The notes under the pieces are model-generated. The model had not been told where the DNA came from and made no database searches. It was given only the letters and a program-made list of their open reading frames with translations. This document shows positions 11,722-23,340 of a stretch of DNA of 64,000 bases, piece after piece. The first letter of the stretch is position 1, and each line of letters starts with the position of its first letter. This DNA is from the human T2T-CHM13v2.0 reference genome, Homo sapiens: assembly GCF_009914755.1 (NCBI RefSeq), contig NC_060934.1, one strand, 5' to 3'. Both the position numbers and the translations under genes were made by a program.

Positions 11722-13739
11722 TTCCCCACATCCTCTCCAGCATTTAGTATTGTCCCCACTTTTAATTTTAGCCATTCTGGTAAATGTTAGTGATTTCTCA
11801 TTGTGATTTAATTTGCATTCTTCTAATGGTTAAAGATATTGAACATTTTTTCATGTGTTTGTTTGCCATCTGTATATCCTCTTTGCTGAAACGTCTATTT
11901 CTTTTGTCCATTTTCTACTTAGATTGTATGGTTTATTTTTTGTTGGGATTTGAGAGTTCTTTTCAAAAAATATACTCTAGATACCAATCCTTTTCAGATA
12001 TGTGTTTTGGGCATATTTTCTTTTAAATTTGTTTTTAAAGGCTTTCATAGGTTTGCTTGTACCTCTGCTACAAACTCTGTTTTTCTAAGATCTTAAATTC
12101 TTCAACCATAAATTTTTCAGCCATAAGCATTTTGGGGAAGGTAATGTGTGAGTTGGAGAAAGACCATCACCTATCCACACAAAAAGCCAACCTGTAAATA
12201 GTGGCTGAGTCAAATGAGCAGGCAATGTGCCTCATCTTTCTTAAGCTGCAACATCAGCACCAGCTGTTTTAATGGACTCTTTGAAAAATGAGGTTTTTTT
12301 CCCTTCCCAAAAACACACTGGCATGCAATTCAATTCATTCACTGCTCATTTAAACAGGCTAGATACATTCTTGCCATGTCCAAGAAAGTCTATATATCCC
12401 AACTCTCCCAGCTATCACCATCCCAGGATACAAACTTGGTCATGATTACTTTTAAGGGCAACATTAGAAAGCACAAGACCTCATTATCTTGACTGCTGGA
12501 AACGAGCCCCTCTTAAAGAAATTACCATGCGATTATGCAAGCCCCTGAAGAATCCTTGCATGTTTGGTATTACTCCATGCCCATGCATTCGTGAAATGTA
12601 TCCCAAGTGCCAGATGCTGTACTAGGTGATTGAATCTAATGGCAGACACAGCTGGCAGGACCCCTACACTCATGGAGCAGATAATCCAGTGGCCACAGTC
12701 CAGTTTGTCAGCTGTGATCCTCAAGCCCTCTTTCTTCTCTCTTCTGGTTTCCACTTATTCATACCTCAAAAATGCTCTTGAAGAAACCTTACAGTGGCCA
12801 CATGAGAATAAATAGTCTTGTCCAGTCCAAGGGTTCTGACACCAGATGTGCCCACAGTTCCCAATCCTCAGATGCTAGGACGTCTCTGGGTTCTGTGCAG
12901 CGGTGTGGGAAGGTTCCCTCCCCATCAAGGTGTAGTACATGGTCATCTGTGCTCAGATGTGGCCCTGCTTGTGCCCACAGCCTCACAGAGCCCGAGATCC
13001 TGTGCTCTCTCACACTTTGTCTTGAAAACTCATGTATTTATGGACCTTGCTGCTCTAATCATGGAAAGTTAAAACTCTTACAGGAAGGCTGCCAGACTGG
13101 ATCAGACACTGTACTCTCCTTCCATCTTCCTCTTTCCGTTGAAACAATAGCCCATTATACTTAGAAACCTAGTTTTTAGAAACCCGAGTAAAGTCCAGTT
13201 GCTTCTAGTAATGTCCAACTGAATCAAAAAACAGTAGGCAGAAAAGGTGATTGAATATTTTTGGAAAGGTGTTTAAAGTTTGGGTGGACGGGGTTGAACA
13301 GGAAAGGTGCAAAATTGTCTTTAGTCCAAGGAAGGCACAAAAATGAAAAGATTAAAAATAAAAGGGGGTCTCCCATGACAAAGACGGACTTTGTAAGGAA
13401 AAATGAGAATTAGGCAAGGTGCAAGGTAGGAAAAGACCAACAAGCATTTATGGAGCGTTCTTAAAGATCACCCTCCACCTCGAGATGGCAGGTTTAGCCA
13501 CATTCTCCCAGTGAGTAAGGGCGTTGTCACTGTAATTTAGACCATACAAATGATGTCAACTTGAAAGCCCTCCGGAAACTTCTCTGCAGGTTTTATCTAA
13601 TATGTTTTTACCTAATTCGTTTCCTATAAAGGCTACAGATATATTGTGTTTGCCTTCTAAGGTTGTTGAGAACTAGAACAAGTGTGACAATTGGAGAAAG
13701 TACAGTCAGGAAAAGCCGATCTCTTTCACGGAAGGGACT

Positions 13740-13830
13740 CTGTTTCATTCCTCTTTATCTCCCCATTACTTTTCAGTTTGACACAAATTAGGTACTCATA
13801 AATGTTCTTTGAATGAACAAATTAACTTGC
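13740..13830 (+). mobile_element. L2 3' end
   Basis: tgacacaaattaggtactcataaatgttctttgaatgaac. Confidence 0.65.
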
Positions 13831-13884
13831 TTGTTTCAGGTCATAAAGTGAGTCATTGCCTGGGACAGCTTTCCTCTACTATGT

Positions 13885-14135
13885 TCCCAGATACAACAGA
13901 GAGTTACAAGTATTTGAGGCAAATAGGAGTCTGTGATCAAATGAGATTTGGTCTTAGGGAGCCACAGTGCACGTTAACATAATAAAGGCTCCAAGAAGTC
14001 CTGCAATAAAAAGCCCATGTAACTTTTTCTAACTCTGCACTTCTGAAAACTTTTTCTGACCATGGAACCCCTTTATTTCATAGAACAAAAGCTTCAGCAT
14101 CTTGCAGAACCAGTGTTCCTCAGAACACGTTCAGG
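13885..14135. mobile_element. hAT-Charlie-type DNA transposon relic
   Basis: ataaaggctccaagaagtcctgcaataaaaagcccatgtaact...tgaccatggaacccc...agaaccagtgttcctcagaacac. Confidence 0.6.
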
Positions 14136-14139
14136 AGCT

Positions 14140-14545
14140 TGAGTTAATGAGGCAAAGAAGAATGGCAGAGAGCTCAGCAAAAACAAAAGGAGAGAGAGAT
14201 GTTTCCTGGGATACATGGGAGTGATAACTGCAGGCACTTTGGTAGTGCCAGAACACAACCTATCAAGTGGGAAGGGATGAACAAAGAGGTTTGAGAGTGT
14301 GTGATGGGGCTATTCCTGCAGAGCACACTGGCCTGCCATGCCATGGAGCTTAGGTTTAACCAACTAGACCCTTTGGAGTCCTGGCTCTCTGCACAGTGCC
14401 GTAGAATGATGGGGTCACATTTGAGGTCTAGGCAGGCTGTTCTGGTGGTTGGGTGGAGAGTGGGTTAGAAGAGGACATACAGGATGACCAATTAGGTGGT
14501 TGCCTTGGTGTTTGGGTAGAAGATGGACTCTGATCAGCAGGCAGT
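14140..14545 (-). mobile_element. L2 fragment
   Basis: gccatggagcttaggttt...ggtcacatttgagg...tctggtggttgggtggagagtgggttaga...gaccaattaggtggttg. Confidence 0.6.
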
Positions 14546-14711
14546 GCATGGTTTCTCTTACATCTTAAATTTCTCATAGCATGATTTCTCTTACATCTAC
14601 AGCGTAAAACAATCGTGATTGATATTACGTGTCAAATAAATTTCCAATAAAATTTTCATTGTAATCTCAGCACCCAATTTACTGATCTATTTTGGGAATG
14701 CTTCTACATTA

Positions 14712-15302
14712 CACAGGATGCTTTTAGGTCTAAGAGACAGAAACTCAACTCAAACTTGTATACACACCAAAAGAAATATATTAACTCACATAATTGGGAA
14801 AGTCCATATAGTCAGACTTAGAAGATGTCACCGGGAATCTCTGTCCTACCTTCTCTTCTGCCTGCTTTCCTCTGGGCTGGCTTCAGTCTCAGGTGGCTCT
14901 CCCCATGTGGGGGCAACTTGGCCACCAGCACTTCCAGGCTGAGGGGCAAACAGTTTAGCTGCCTCCACAGAAAGTACATTGTCCACCAGTTCCAGCAAAA
15001 CCTCAGGATTGATTTTCTCTGGGTCTGGCTGAAGATACATACCCACCTCTGAAACAATCACTTCTCCAGGGTGTGAAGTCCATGTATGGATCTTCCCTGG
15101 GCTTCACACCCTGGAGGAGTGACTGTTTCAGAGGATGGGTGTCACATGCCCATCCCCAGAGATGGTGAATGGAGTTGGACTAATTCAGACCAGAAAACGG
15201 AGAGTAAGGAAGGGGTGGCCCCCAAAGGAAAACTCAGGATGCTATTATGAGAAGAGGTGGGAATGGATGCTGGGCCGGCAGAAACATCAGATGTCCACTA
15301 CA
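14712..15302 (-). mobile_element. MLT1K-like MaLR solo LTR containing a long inverted repeat
   Basis: gacagaaactcaactcaaact...ccccaaaggaaaactcaggatgctatta...ggaatggatgctgggc...gatgtccactaca. Confidence 0.75.
15039..15142 (+). repeat. Long inverted repeat / hairpin (37-nt arms, 34/37 complementary, 15-nt loop)
   Basis: 15046-15082 cctctgaaacaatcacttctccagggtgtgaagtcca pairs with 15098-15134 tgggcttcacaccctggaggagtgactgtttcagagg; stem extends to 15039/15142 with one bulge. Confidence 0.95.
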
Positions 15303-16049
15303 AGTTACCGAACATGTCTTGAGGGGAAAATAAGTTAGCTGTTTGAGTCATACTTGATACCCCATTGACCCAAACCCTCCAACCTCAAATATTCTGGCAA
15401 TATATTTTTTTCTTTATTAGAGAACCACTTCAACCAATGCTCTGCCAGGATGTCCTAAAAACCAAGGTGGCAAGAAGAGCGCAGCAGCACCTTGCATGCG
15501 GAGCTGAGCTGAGACCCCACCTTCTTCAGCTCAGCAGGGTTGGTGGATGTTACTGTTGTCCTGCTTGAGTAGAGAAAGCTCTTTGGAGACATTAGTATTT
15601 CCCTCTCCTGTGACCTAAAAAGGGCCTTCCCTCAGGGGTCTCACTGGGGTTAACTTCACCCCTGATTGGCTTGAGACAATGAGACCTTCCTCAAGCTCAG
15701 ATGAGCTGGGAACAGTGCTGGAATGGGGTCCAAGCCCTCAGGGACCCCCTGTCCCACAGATTAGCAATCCACCCACCCAAGTCAGCTCACCTAGGGGAAG
15801 TTGAGCATGGGCTGGTCAGAAGCAAACAGCATCATAAAAGCTGGTAGAATAGCCATTTCATAGTTTTCTAGCATCCTAGTTTGTTCACACACGGAGCTGA
15901 CAGATGGCCCATTTGGACTGAATTGGGCATTGGCCCAATTCAACAAACATTTACGTGCCTTTTTTTTTTTTTTTTTTTTTTTTGGCTTGGGGACAAGCTA
16001 AGTAGTAACATTCTAGTCGATTTCATCAAACCAGTTAACACAGCTTTGT

Positions 16050-16262
16050 GCTGTGAGGAGACTTCAGGCTTTGGAGTCAGACTGACCTGGGTTTAAGCCC
16101 AGTTCCATCACATATTTGCTGTGTGGCCTTTGGCCTTCATTTCCTCATCTGTAAAATGGGGATGCTAATACAAGGGCCTCTGTCTCAGGGCTGCCATGAG
16201 GTTTACACGAGGTGACGTATATCAGGACCCATAGCCCCACCATAGAAGACACTCAGCCAAGG
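16050..16262 (+). mobile_element. MIR SINE
   Basis: ggctttggagtcagactgacctgggttt...tttcctcatctgtaaaatggggatgctaata. Confidence 0.9.
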
Positions 16263-16599
16263 CAGTGGCCTCCTTTCCTTCCTCCCTCAGCTGACTCTCT
16301 GCTGACTTGACTCACCAGATGGTTGGACAAGTCCTTTTCCTGCTATATCGAGATGGGCACTGACTGTATCTTGAATGGTCTTAGATAGCATCTGATAGCA
16401 CTGATACTCAGTTGAGTTAACTCTCTGAACAACTCCTTCGGGTAGTAGAAAGAGGAAGGAGTTATTAGATGAAAATTGGCCATCATTTAGCCAAACACAC
16501 ATCTTGAAAGGCAGCCTGGGGCTTTAATTATGACTCCAAATGCGGGTTCAAGCCTGTATATTTAGCTTTGATCATTGTGGCATCTAGATCCAATAATCA

Positions 16600-16745
16600 T
16601 AGCAGACACCAGGTACTCAGCTAAATACTTAACACTGTTTCCATACTTCATTAATGCCCACCACAGTCCTGTGGTGATACCGATAATATTATTCCTTTTT
16701 ACAGATGAGGACGTGAGACTCTGAGAGGTTAAGTCAAGGCTGCCA
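16600..16745 (-). mobile_element. MIR SINE
   Basis: attccttttttacagatgaggacgtgagactctgagaggttaagtcaagg-like core. Confidence 0.8.
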
Positions 16746-16984
16746 CATCAGTTGCATCCGTAGTCCATGTGACTAGTACCCCCGGCACTGTGGGTGCATA
16801 ACAGTAACGAAAATAGCAGGCAGCACTCATTTGGAATCCGCAATATGCCACACATTCTCACATGTATTAATTCTTTAATCCTCTTGCAAAACTCAGAGAC
16901 CACACACCAAGGTCAACAGCTAATAAGTGACGAATCTTTTAGAGTCTCCTCCATAACACCCTACACTTTTCCTACATAGCACTT

Positions 16985-17238
16985 TAAAAGAAAATAATTT
17001 CAACTTTTATTTTAGACTCAGGAGGTACATGTGCAGGTTTTTTACATGGGTATTTTGCACGATGCTGAGGTGTGGGGTACGATTGATCCCATTACCCAGG
17101 TAATGAGGATAGTACCCAGTAGTTACTTTTTCAGCCCTTGGTCCCTTCCGTCCCTGCTCCTCTAGTCCCCAGTGTCTATTATTGTCATCTTTACATCCAG
17201 GGGTACTCAATGTTTAGCTCCCACTTATAAGTGAGAAC
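16985..17238 (-). mobile_element. 5'-truncated L1 (L1PA15/16-L1PB-like 3' end) with TSD
   Basis: ttcaacttttattttagactcaggaggtacatgtgcagg...ctcccacttataagtgagaac; TSD cctacayagcactt at 16971-16984 and 17239-17252. Confidence 0.9.
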
Positions 17239-17279
17239 CCTACACAGCACTTCTTGATTAATCTTGATTAATTCTACCC

Positions 17280-17404
17280 CCTCCCATTAGATGCAAGCTC
17301 CCTGACAGCAGAATAGTCATTCTTGTGTCCCCAGGACCTGGCAGAACACTAGGCTCATAGAAGGTGCTGAATAAATCTTTATTGAAAAACGAATGAATGA
17401 ATGA
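17280..17404 (+). mobile_element. L2 3' end
   Basis: attagatgcaagctccctgacagcag...aggtgctgaataaat...gaatgaatgaatga. Confidence 0.8.
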
Positions 17405-17951
17405 GGTGTGTAAGTCAGATACCAGGAAGAGTTTTCACGGCAAAAAAAAAAAAAAAAAAAGCTGTCCTTTATTTCACACCAAATAATGATGGGAGCATAT
17501 GTGCGGGGTGGCAGTGGGGTGGGAGCCTGAATGCTGGCATTGGTGCCCGGCCATGCCCCATCGATGAAGTCCTCTGGGACACACAGACTGAGGCTGGCAG
17601 GGACGAACTTTCTAAAGCACCACAAAGTTCCTTGGCCCCCACACAACGTCTGGCCCCAAAGCCTTAATTTCTCAGATAAACAAAGACAATCCAGCCCAAC
17701 TTCCAACCTGGCCACCGGCCAACAGGCACTTGGGTTCAAGACTGATTTTGTTGAAACAGCTGAATGTGCACCAGGCAGACCCGGCCCTTCTGCTCTGGAT
17801 CCCTTCTCTCTGTCTCTGGCTGAAGACGAGAGCATCCTGGGGTCGGGACTCTTAATCCTCCTAACCTAAGGGAGGATGTGCGCCTGACACAGGGCCAAGG
17901 CCCCCCGACACCCTGATGCGCGGCCCCGGGCCCATCTGGAATGTTCAGAAA

Positions 17952-17970
17952 TGCTGCCATCTTGTGGCGC
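17952..17970 (-). promoter_or_regulatory. CTCF motif in a small CpG-rich patch
   Basis: Minus strand GCGCCACAAGATGGCAGCA closely fits the CTCF core CCASYAGRKGGCRS (one mismatch); ~10 CpGs in 17821-18000. Confidence 0.65.
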
Positions 17971-18299
17971 CTGCAGGCCGGAGCAAGGCACCTTCCGGCT
18001 GATCTTGAAGTTGATTCCTAGAAGATGTTGCTCCAAATAAGCACACACAGACTGTGTGCATTTGCATTGCCACATGCTAAGCCGCCTATACCACCCACTC
18101 ACTGCTACCCCAGGTGTGTTATCTGCTTTGGGCCAGCCTGAGGTAAAACTGTCAACACTGAAAATCATTACCTTTGGCACCTCCCAGCTCTCCGGAAGTT
18201 ATCTGGTCTGTAGACAACAAGTCCCTGAGGGAAGTGGGTGGGGCACAGGGCAGGTAAGTTTTGACAGAAAAGGAAACTGGGCACAAAGTCTAAGGTGCT

Positions 18300-18300
<1 letters not shown>

Positions 18301-18345
<45 letters not shown>
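18301..18345. repeat. (CAA)15 microsatellite
   Basis: Perfect trinucleotide run. Confidence 0.98.
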
Positions 18346-18449
18346 AAAGATGGGCCCTACAGGAGCCTGCTGAGCACAGAGTTACTGAGTTGAGCTGTTG
18401 GAATCACAGTGGTAAGGGGCCCTCCCTGCTGGTGCAACAAGACACAACA

Positions 18450-18690
18450 GAGTGTAGTTATTGTGCACTTGGACCCTCGGGTTAGATAACCTGAGTTTGA
18501 GTCCCCATTCCACCACTTGGTAGCTTTGTGACCCTGGTGAAGTTGCTTAACCTCTCTGTGCCTCCATGTTTTCAACTATAGAATGAGGGAAATAAGTTGT
18601 AATTACCACAAAGGATAGTTTTAAGGATTCAGTGATATTTGTAAAATATTTATATAGTGTTGGTGCATTATAATTGTTAAATAAAAATTA
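18450..18690 (+). mobile_element. MIR SINE
   Basis: acctgagtttgagtcccc...gcttaacctctctgtgcctcc...atagaatgagg...aaggattcagtga. Confidence 0.85.
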
Positions 18691-18932
18691 AATCAAATGT
18701 TGTGTAGATTTGGAAGCAGGATTAATTTATCCCGTACCTATTTTATTCAGCACCCTTGCCCAGTGCTAGGTGTCAGAGGTGCAGAAATGGAGTTCCAATT
18801 GTGGCATATATACAGTTACTAGGGAGCAGAGGTGAAGGCAGGCTGAGGTTTAAGCAACTACCTTATTATTCCCCAGCTGTGAAGCCCTGGCAAATGTCCG
18901 TTCCCCATCCTGAGTCTGTTTCCCCATCTTTG

Positions 18933-19529
18933 TGTTACTGGTGGAGGATGTCCAGGTTCTTGTTGTTTTGAACAAAGAATTGGACAAAATGCACAAACGA
19001 AAGAATGAAGCACCAAAGCAGATTTATTCAAAGGAAAGTACACTCCACAGAGTGTACTCTACAGAGTGGGAGCGGGCTTCAGCAAGTGGCTCAAGAGTGC
19101 TGGTTACAGAACTTTCTGGGGTTTTAATACCCTCTAGAGGATTCTCATTGGCTACTTGATTTACACCCTGTGTAAATGAAGTGGTGGCCCGTGACCAGTC
19201 TGATTGGTCATGGAAGGTGAAGTTACATCCAACGCAAATGAAATTACAAAGTTACATCCTATGCAAATGTCTGATTGATTGTGGGAGGGGACCAGAGACT
19301 GAAGTGAAGTTACAAAGTTTCACCTGTATGCAAATGAAGACTAGGCCCGCAACAGGACTTTCCATTTTTTCATCTATGACATAGAAAGCAGGGAGTGCAA
19401 AGGGAGTAGCCTCTGATCGTTTTGTTACTTGAACATGGAAAGTTGGGGTTTTCCTTTCAATTCAGTTCCAGGAAGTCAGTGCAAATCAGCCTTAGGTTCC
19501 CTGCCCCCACACCCCATTCTCCTGTCTCA
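18933..19529 (-). mobile_element. MER51-family ERV1 solo LTR, inserted into a MIR
   Basis: tgttactggtggaggatgtccaggttc...ccttaggttccctgcc...attctcctgtctca; 4-bp TSD TTTG at 18929-18932 and 19530-19533; flanks rejoin as MIR core tttccccatctttg|aaatgagg. Confidence 0.9.
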
Positions 19530-19556
19530 TTTGAAATGAGGGTATTGGACTATGAC

Positions 19557-19650
19557 AGTGTTTCTTCATCCTGGCTCCTCATTCAAATCACCTAGGGGGC
19601 TTTTAAAAACTATCAACACTGGGCCTTACACTTTCCCACTCTGACACTGA
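19557..19650. mobile_element. MER5-type hAT fragment
   Basis: cagtgtttcttcatcctggctcctcattcaaatcacctagggggcttttaaaaa. Confidence 0.65.
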
Positions 19651-19654
19651 TAAT

Positions 19655-19960
19655 ATTTAGTCAACAAATATTATGTGAGAATCCAGGCTGGGAACAGTTT
19701 CTGCTAGGCACTGGGCTCCCTCTGGGGTAGAGTTAGAGGATGTCATCCTGTCCTTGAAATAGTCTCAGCCCATGGAGAAGTGCAAGTATGCAGGCAACTT
19801 ACTGAACACAAGTGGAGACTGAGGCATGTCATGAAAGAAATCTATACCAGGACTCAGAAGGGAAGGCAGAGGCAAGAGATGGCTCTTCCACCTTGGAGGT
19901 GGGGTTGAAACTGTTGCAGGTAGCACCTGAGTTAGCCAGAAAAAAATAAGGGCAGAGGGG
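19655..19960 (-). mobile_element. L2 fragment
   Basis: atttagtcaacaaatatt...tgctaggcactggg...catcctgtccttgaaatagtctcag. Confidence 0.55.
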
Positions 19961-20542
19961 ACAGTTTCTCCCAAGACTTCCTAGCCCATCCACATGAGAA
20001 AATCAAATTGAGCCTTTATTACCACACATTTTTAATAAAGGAAAGAGATAGATAACAAAGAAGGAAGTAGAAACTCGCACAGTCTGCCATCCCAGCATCC
20101 ATCCTGGGTCCCAAGGCAGGGTGCTCTTCTGGTCGAGGGGTTCAGTCCCAGGAGGGTTACAGCAGATGCTGGATGCGGTATTAGTGACCTCTCCCGGACC
20201 ACAGTCCCATGCCTGCTGGGACCCTATTTCTCCAAAGCAAAAAGCCAAAGGACTGAAAGTGCACAGGTCACTTCTGCCCACAATCATTGGTGAGAACTAA
20301 CTAAACACAGCCAGCTCCTGGCACACCAGTTAAGCAAGCGGCCTCTGCAGCTCAGCACATACTTGGGACATATGCTTCCCGCTTATAGCTCTTGCAGTTC
20401 AACAACACAATTCATGCTTCCTCTTTCCCCATCTCCCAGGTGAGAACATCACAAATAGAACTTTCAAGAATGCAGTCTATGGGGATGAGGAAAGGCTTTG
20501 TAGAGGAGGTAGCGTGAAGGGTGGTGGGGCCCAAAGGACCAA

Positions 20543-20920
20543 TGTATAGGCTGTATGCTGTTTGCCGAATTTCTCAGCTCTTTGCCATCCATGCTAGGCT
20601 TGTATTTCCTTTGTTGTCCCTGTGTAGCCTTGTGGTTAGTTCTGACCAATGCGTGTGGGCAGACGTGACCTGTGTCACTTTTGGGCCAGAGCACTAGACC
20701 CTCCAAAGCCCTCTCATTCTCTCTGATACAGTGACTATATTGTTTGAAATGATAGCTGCTCTGCCACTCTAGGCCCCTCCGTGATTACGATGAACAGAAC
20801 CCCCTGCCAACCATGATGAACTTGGAGGATGGGCAAAGAGATAAATCATGTTATTTTAAGTCACTGTGTTTGGGGGCTGTTTGTTACTATAGCATAGCTT
20901 AGCCCATTCTGACTGATACA
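20543..20920 (+). mobile_element. MLT1 (I/J-like) MaLR solo LTR
   Basis: tagttctgaccaatgcgtgtgggcagacgtgacctgtgtcac...gtttgttactatagcatagcttagcccattctgactgataca. Confidence 0.8.
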
Positions 20921-21914
20921 ATGGTCATGATTTAGATGAATGACTGGCTATCAGAGAAGAAGATGTGATTTTGAACCAGTCACGTTTCTTCTCTGGTCTT
21001 CACTTTTCTCTTGACATGGTGACATCGTCCTGGAAGGCTGAGCCTACACTCAGAAAGGAGGGAAAAGAAAGAGTCGCATGCAACTTTTATACAATAGGTC
21101 CACATAGACCTCTGTGTGTCTTTTCACACTAACCTGAGGAAATGGAAGAGCAGGTGAACTTTCCACTTGTTGAGGTTGGAGAAGGATGACTCCTCTGCGT
21201 TCCTGGTTTCCCACTTCATCCCCACCCCACTACGCTTTCATGCCTGGCACCAATTGTACATGTTCAAGCAATAGTTTCCATCTCCGGATGTTCATCAGAA
21301 AGGTGGGTAGAGCTATTTTTATTTCACCTTTTTACAAACTAAAAATTTATTTACACATTTTAAGACAAATTCTGGGCTCTGCCACAGTCTGAGTTTAGAT
21401 TCACTCAAGAGTCCATAGTCTACAATGACAGCCTTGTACAGAGAAAACTGACACTTACCACAATGGCCCTGCATTGGGGTAAAGTCCTAAAATGTCTTCA
21501 GAAAATGAAAGAAAGATACAATTGTATGTGAAATATCTTTAGTGATTGAAGGAATCTTAGAAATCATCTAGTTCAACACTTTCAGGTTACAAATGAGAAG
21601 AAATGAAACCCAGAAAGAGAAAGGAAATGACTTACTTCCTCAGAGTGCTTGGGAGGTAGGTCCTCTGTCTTCTGGGACAGAGGGAAGAGGCTTGCCAGGT
21701 GCCCACTGACTCAGGTCCAGGACAGTGGCACACGTTTGTATGTTGTTGTTAAACTGACTTTACCAGTCCCCATGGGCTGGCGAGGCTTAGAGCGTTTTGG
21801 GTGATAAAACAGGAATACGTCCCCGTTTTATTGATTAAGGCACCAAAGCTCACAGAGAGTTCAATGCCACGGCCAAAGTGTTAGGGCTAATCAAAGGCAG
21901 AGCTGGGGCCAGGC

Positions 21915-22385
21915 TGTGTTCATTTCCTACGTGGCTGTAACAAATTACCACTGACTTAGTGGCTGAACACAACATACATTTCGTATCTTCCAAGAGCCAG
22001 ACCCGGGTCTCACTGGGCTAGTCAGGATGCCAGCAGGGCTGTGTTCCTTCCAGAGGCTGCCGGCTAAAAACCATTCCCTTGCCTTCTCAATCTTCTAGCA
22101 GCCACCCGCATTCCTTGGCTCATGGCTTCCTTCTTCCATCTTCAAAACCAACTATGTTGCTTCTCTTGGACAGCTCTTCTGTGGTCACATCTCTCTCTAA
22201 CTGCAGTCAGGAAAGGGTCTCCCCTTTTAAGGACTCGTGTGATTAGAGTGTGATCACCAGATAATCCAGGGTAATCTCACCATGTTATGGTCCTTAACCT
22301 TAAGCACACCTACAAAGTCCCTTGTGCCACGTTAAGGTAACATATGAACAGGTTCCAGGGAATTAGTCAGGCACATCTTTGAGGG
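21915..22385 (-). mobile_element. MLT1C/D-like MaLR LTR
   Basis: ggctgtaacaaattaccac...cattccttggctcatggc...ataatccagggtaatctc...aaggtaacatatgaacaggttccaggg. Confidence 0.85.
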
Positions 22386-23029
22386 CTCCCAATTTAGAGC
22401 CCTGGGCCATACACCAGGCTGTGCACCTGCCCTCCTTCCCTCCATGCCCTCCCGGATTCCCTTCAAACACAGGGAGTGACTTCACCTCGGGCTACATCTG
22501 CTTCCAAACTGCTCAGCACGGTTCTCACCCAAACCCACCATTTGATTCAGAAATTACATGCAGGACTAATTGTTGCTTGAGGCTCCTTATGAAATGGGGA
22601 TCATTTATAACAAAAAAAAAAAAAACCCAGCACAAGGCTTCAAGGTATGAAATAAATTGTTCCAGGAGGAGACAACACACACACAACCACAAACATATCA
22701 TTTGAGCCCAATACTACACCTCCTACCCAGAAAAGCAAAGGCCTCCTATTGTTAAAAGGACAGTGAAGGTACGTCTTCTTATTTTATTTTTTTAACCCAA
22801 TAATAAAATGGAGGCAGGAAGATGAAGCAGAGATGTTCCAGATGTTCCAGGTGCTGAGAACAGGGCTGGTTGTGCCCTGAGAAATCACAGCAAGCTCTCC
22901 TCTCTCTGGATGTCAGCTTCCGCTTGTTTTGAAGGAGGAGAGAGGTTACCTGCAGACTCCTCTCGTGGTAAGAGCCATAATGTAGTTTTCTCATTATTAA
23001 AATGCTTGCCTGCTCCCAGGGCCCCTGGG

Positions 23030-23340
23030 AGGCCTAAATGAGGAACCAAACGAGAGGCTCTTAGCACGGGGCCCAGCGCTAATAAGAGCCAGTCAATGGC
23101 AGCTCCTGCTGGGATGATGATGATGATATTTAACTCGCCTTCCCCTCGCTGCATGCTCTGTATTCTTCACCTTATTGAATTCTTACAGCAACCCTATGAA
23201 GTGGGCATTCTTCTTACTCACATTTTCTGCATGAGGACCTGGAGGCCCAGAGCTTGAGTAAGATTCCACAGCTTTTCAGAGGCAGAGCTGGGAGACAAAC
23301 CAAAGCCTGCTGAGCCGGGAATCTCTGCTGGAACCCTCAA
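23030..23340. mobile_element. MIR relics in opposite orientations
   Basis: (+) tail cttagcacggggcccagc; (-) core cagcaaccctatgaagtgg...gaggacctggaggcccagag. Confidence 0.6.

Noticed and set aside
14546-14598. Short spaced direct repeats (also 11662 and 51208) as a CRISPR-like array
   Set aside because: Only two copies each, no regular unique spacers, and a human genomic context.
17317-17869. Longest ORFs (172 aa here, 176 aa at 39880-40410, 152 aa at 63511-63969, 143 aa at 4943-5374)
   Set aside because: No recognisable domain or homology; several use non-ATG starts or run through poly(A/T) or L2 sequence; lengths are plausible by chance in 64 kb over six frames.
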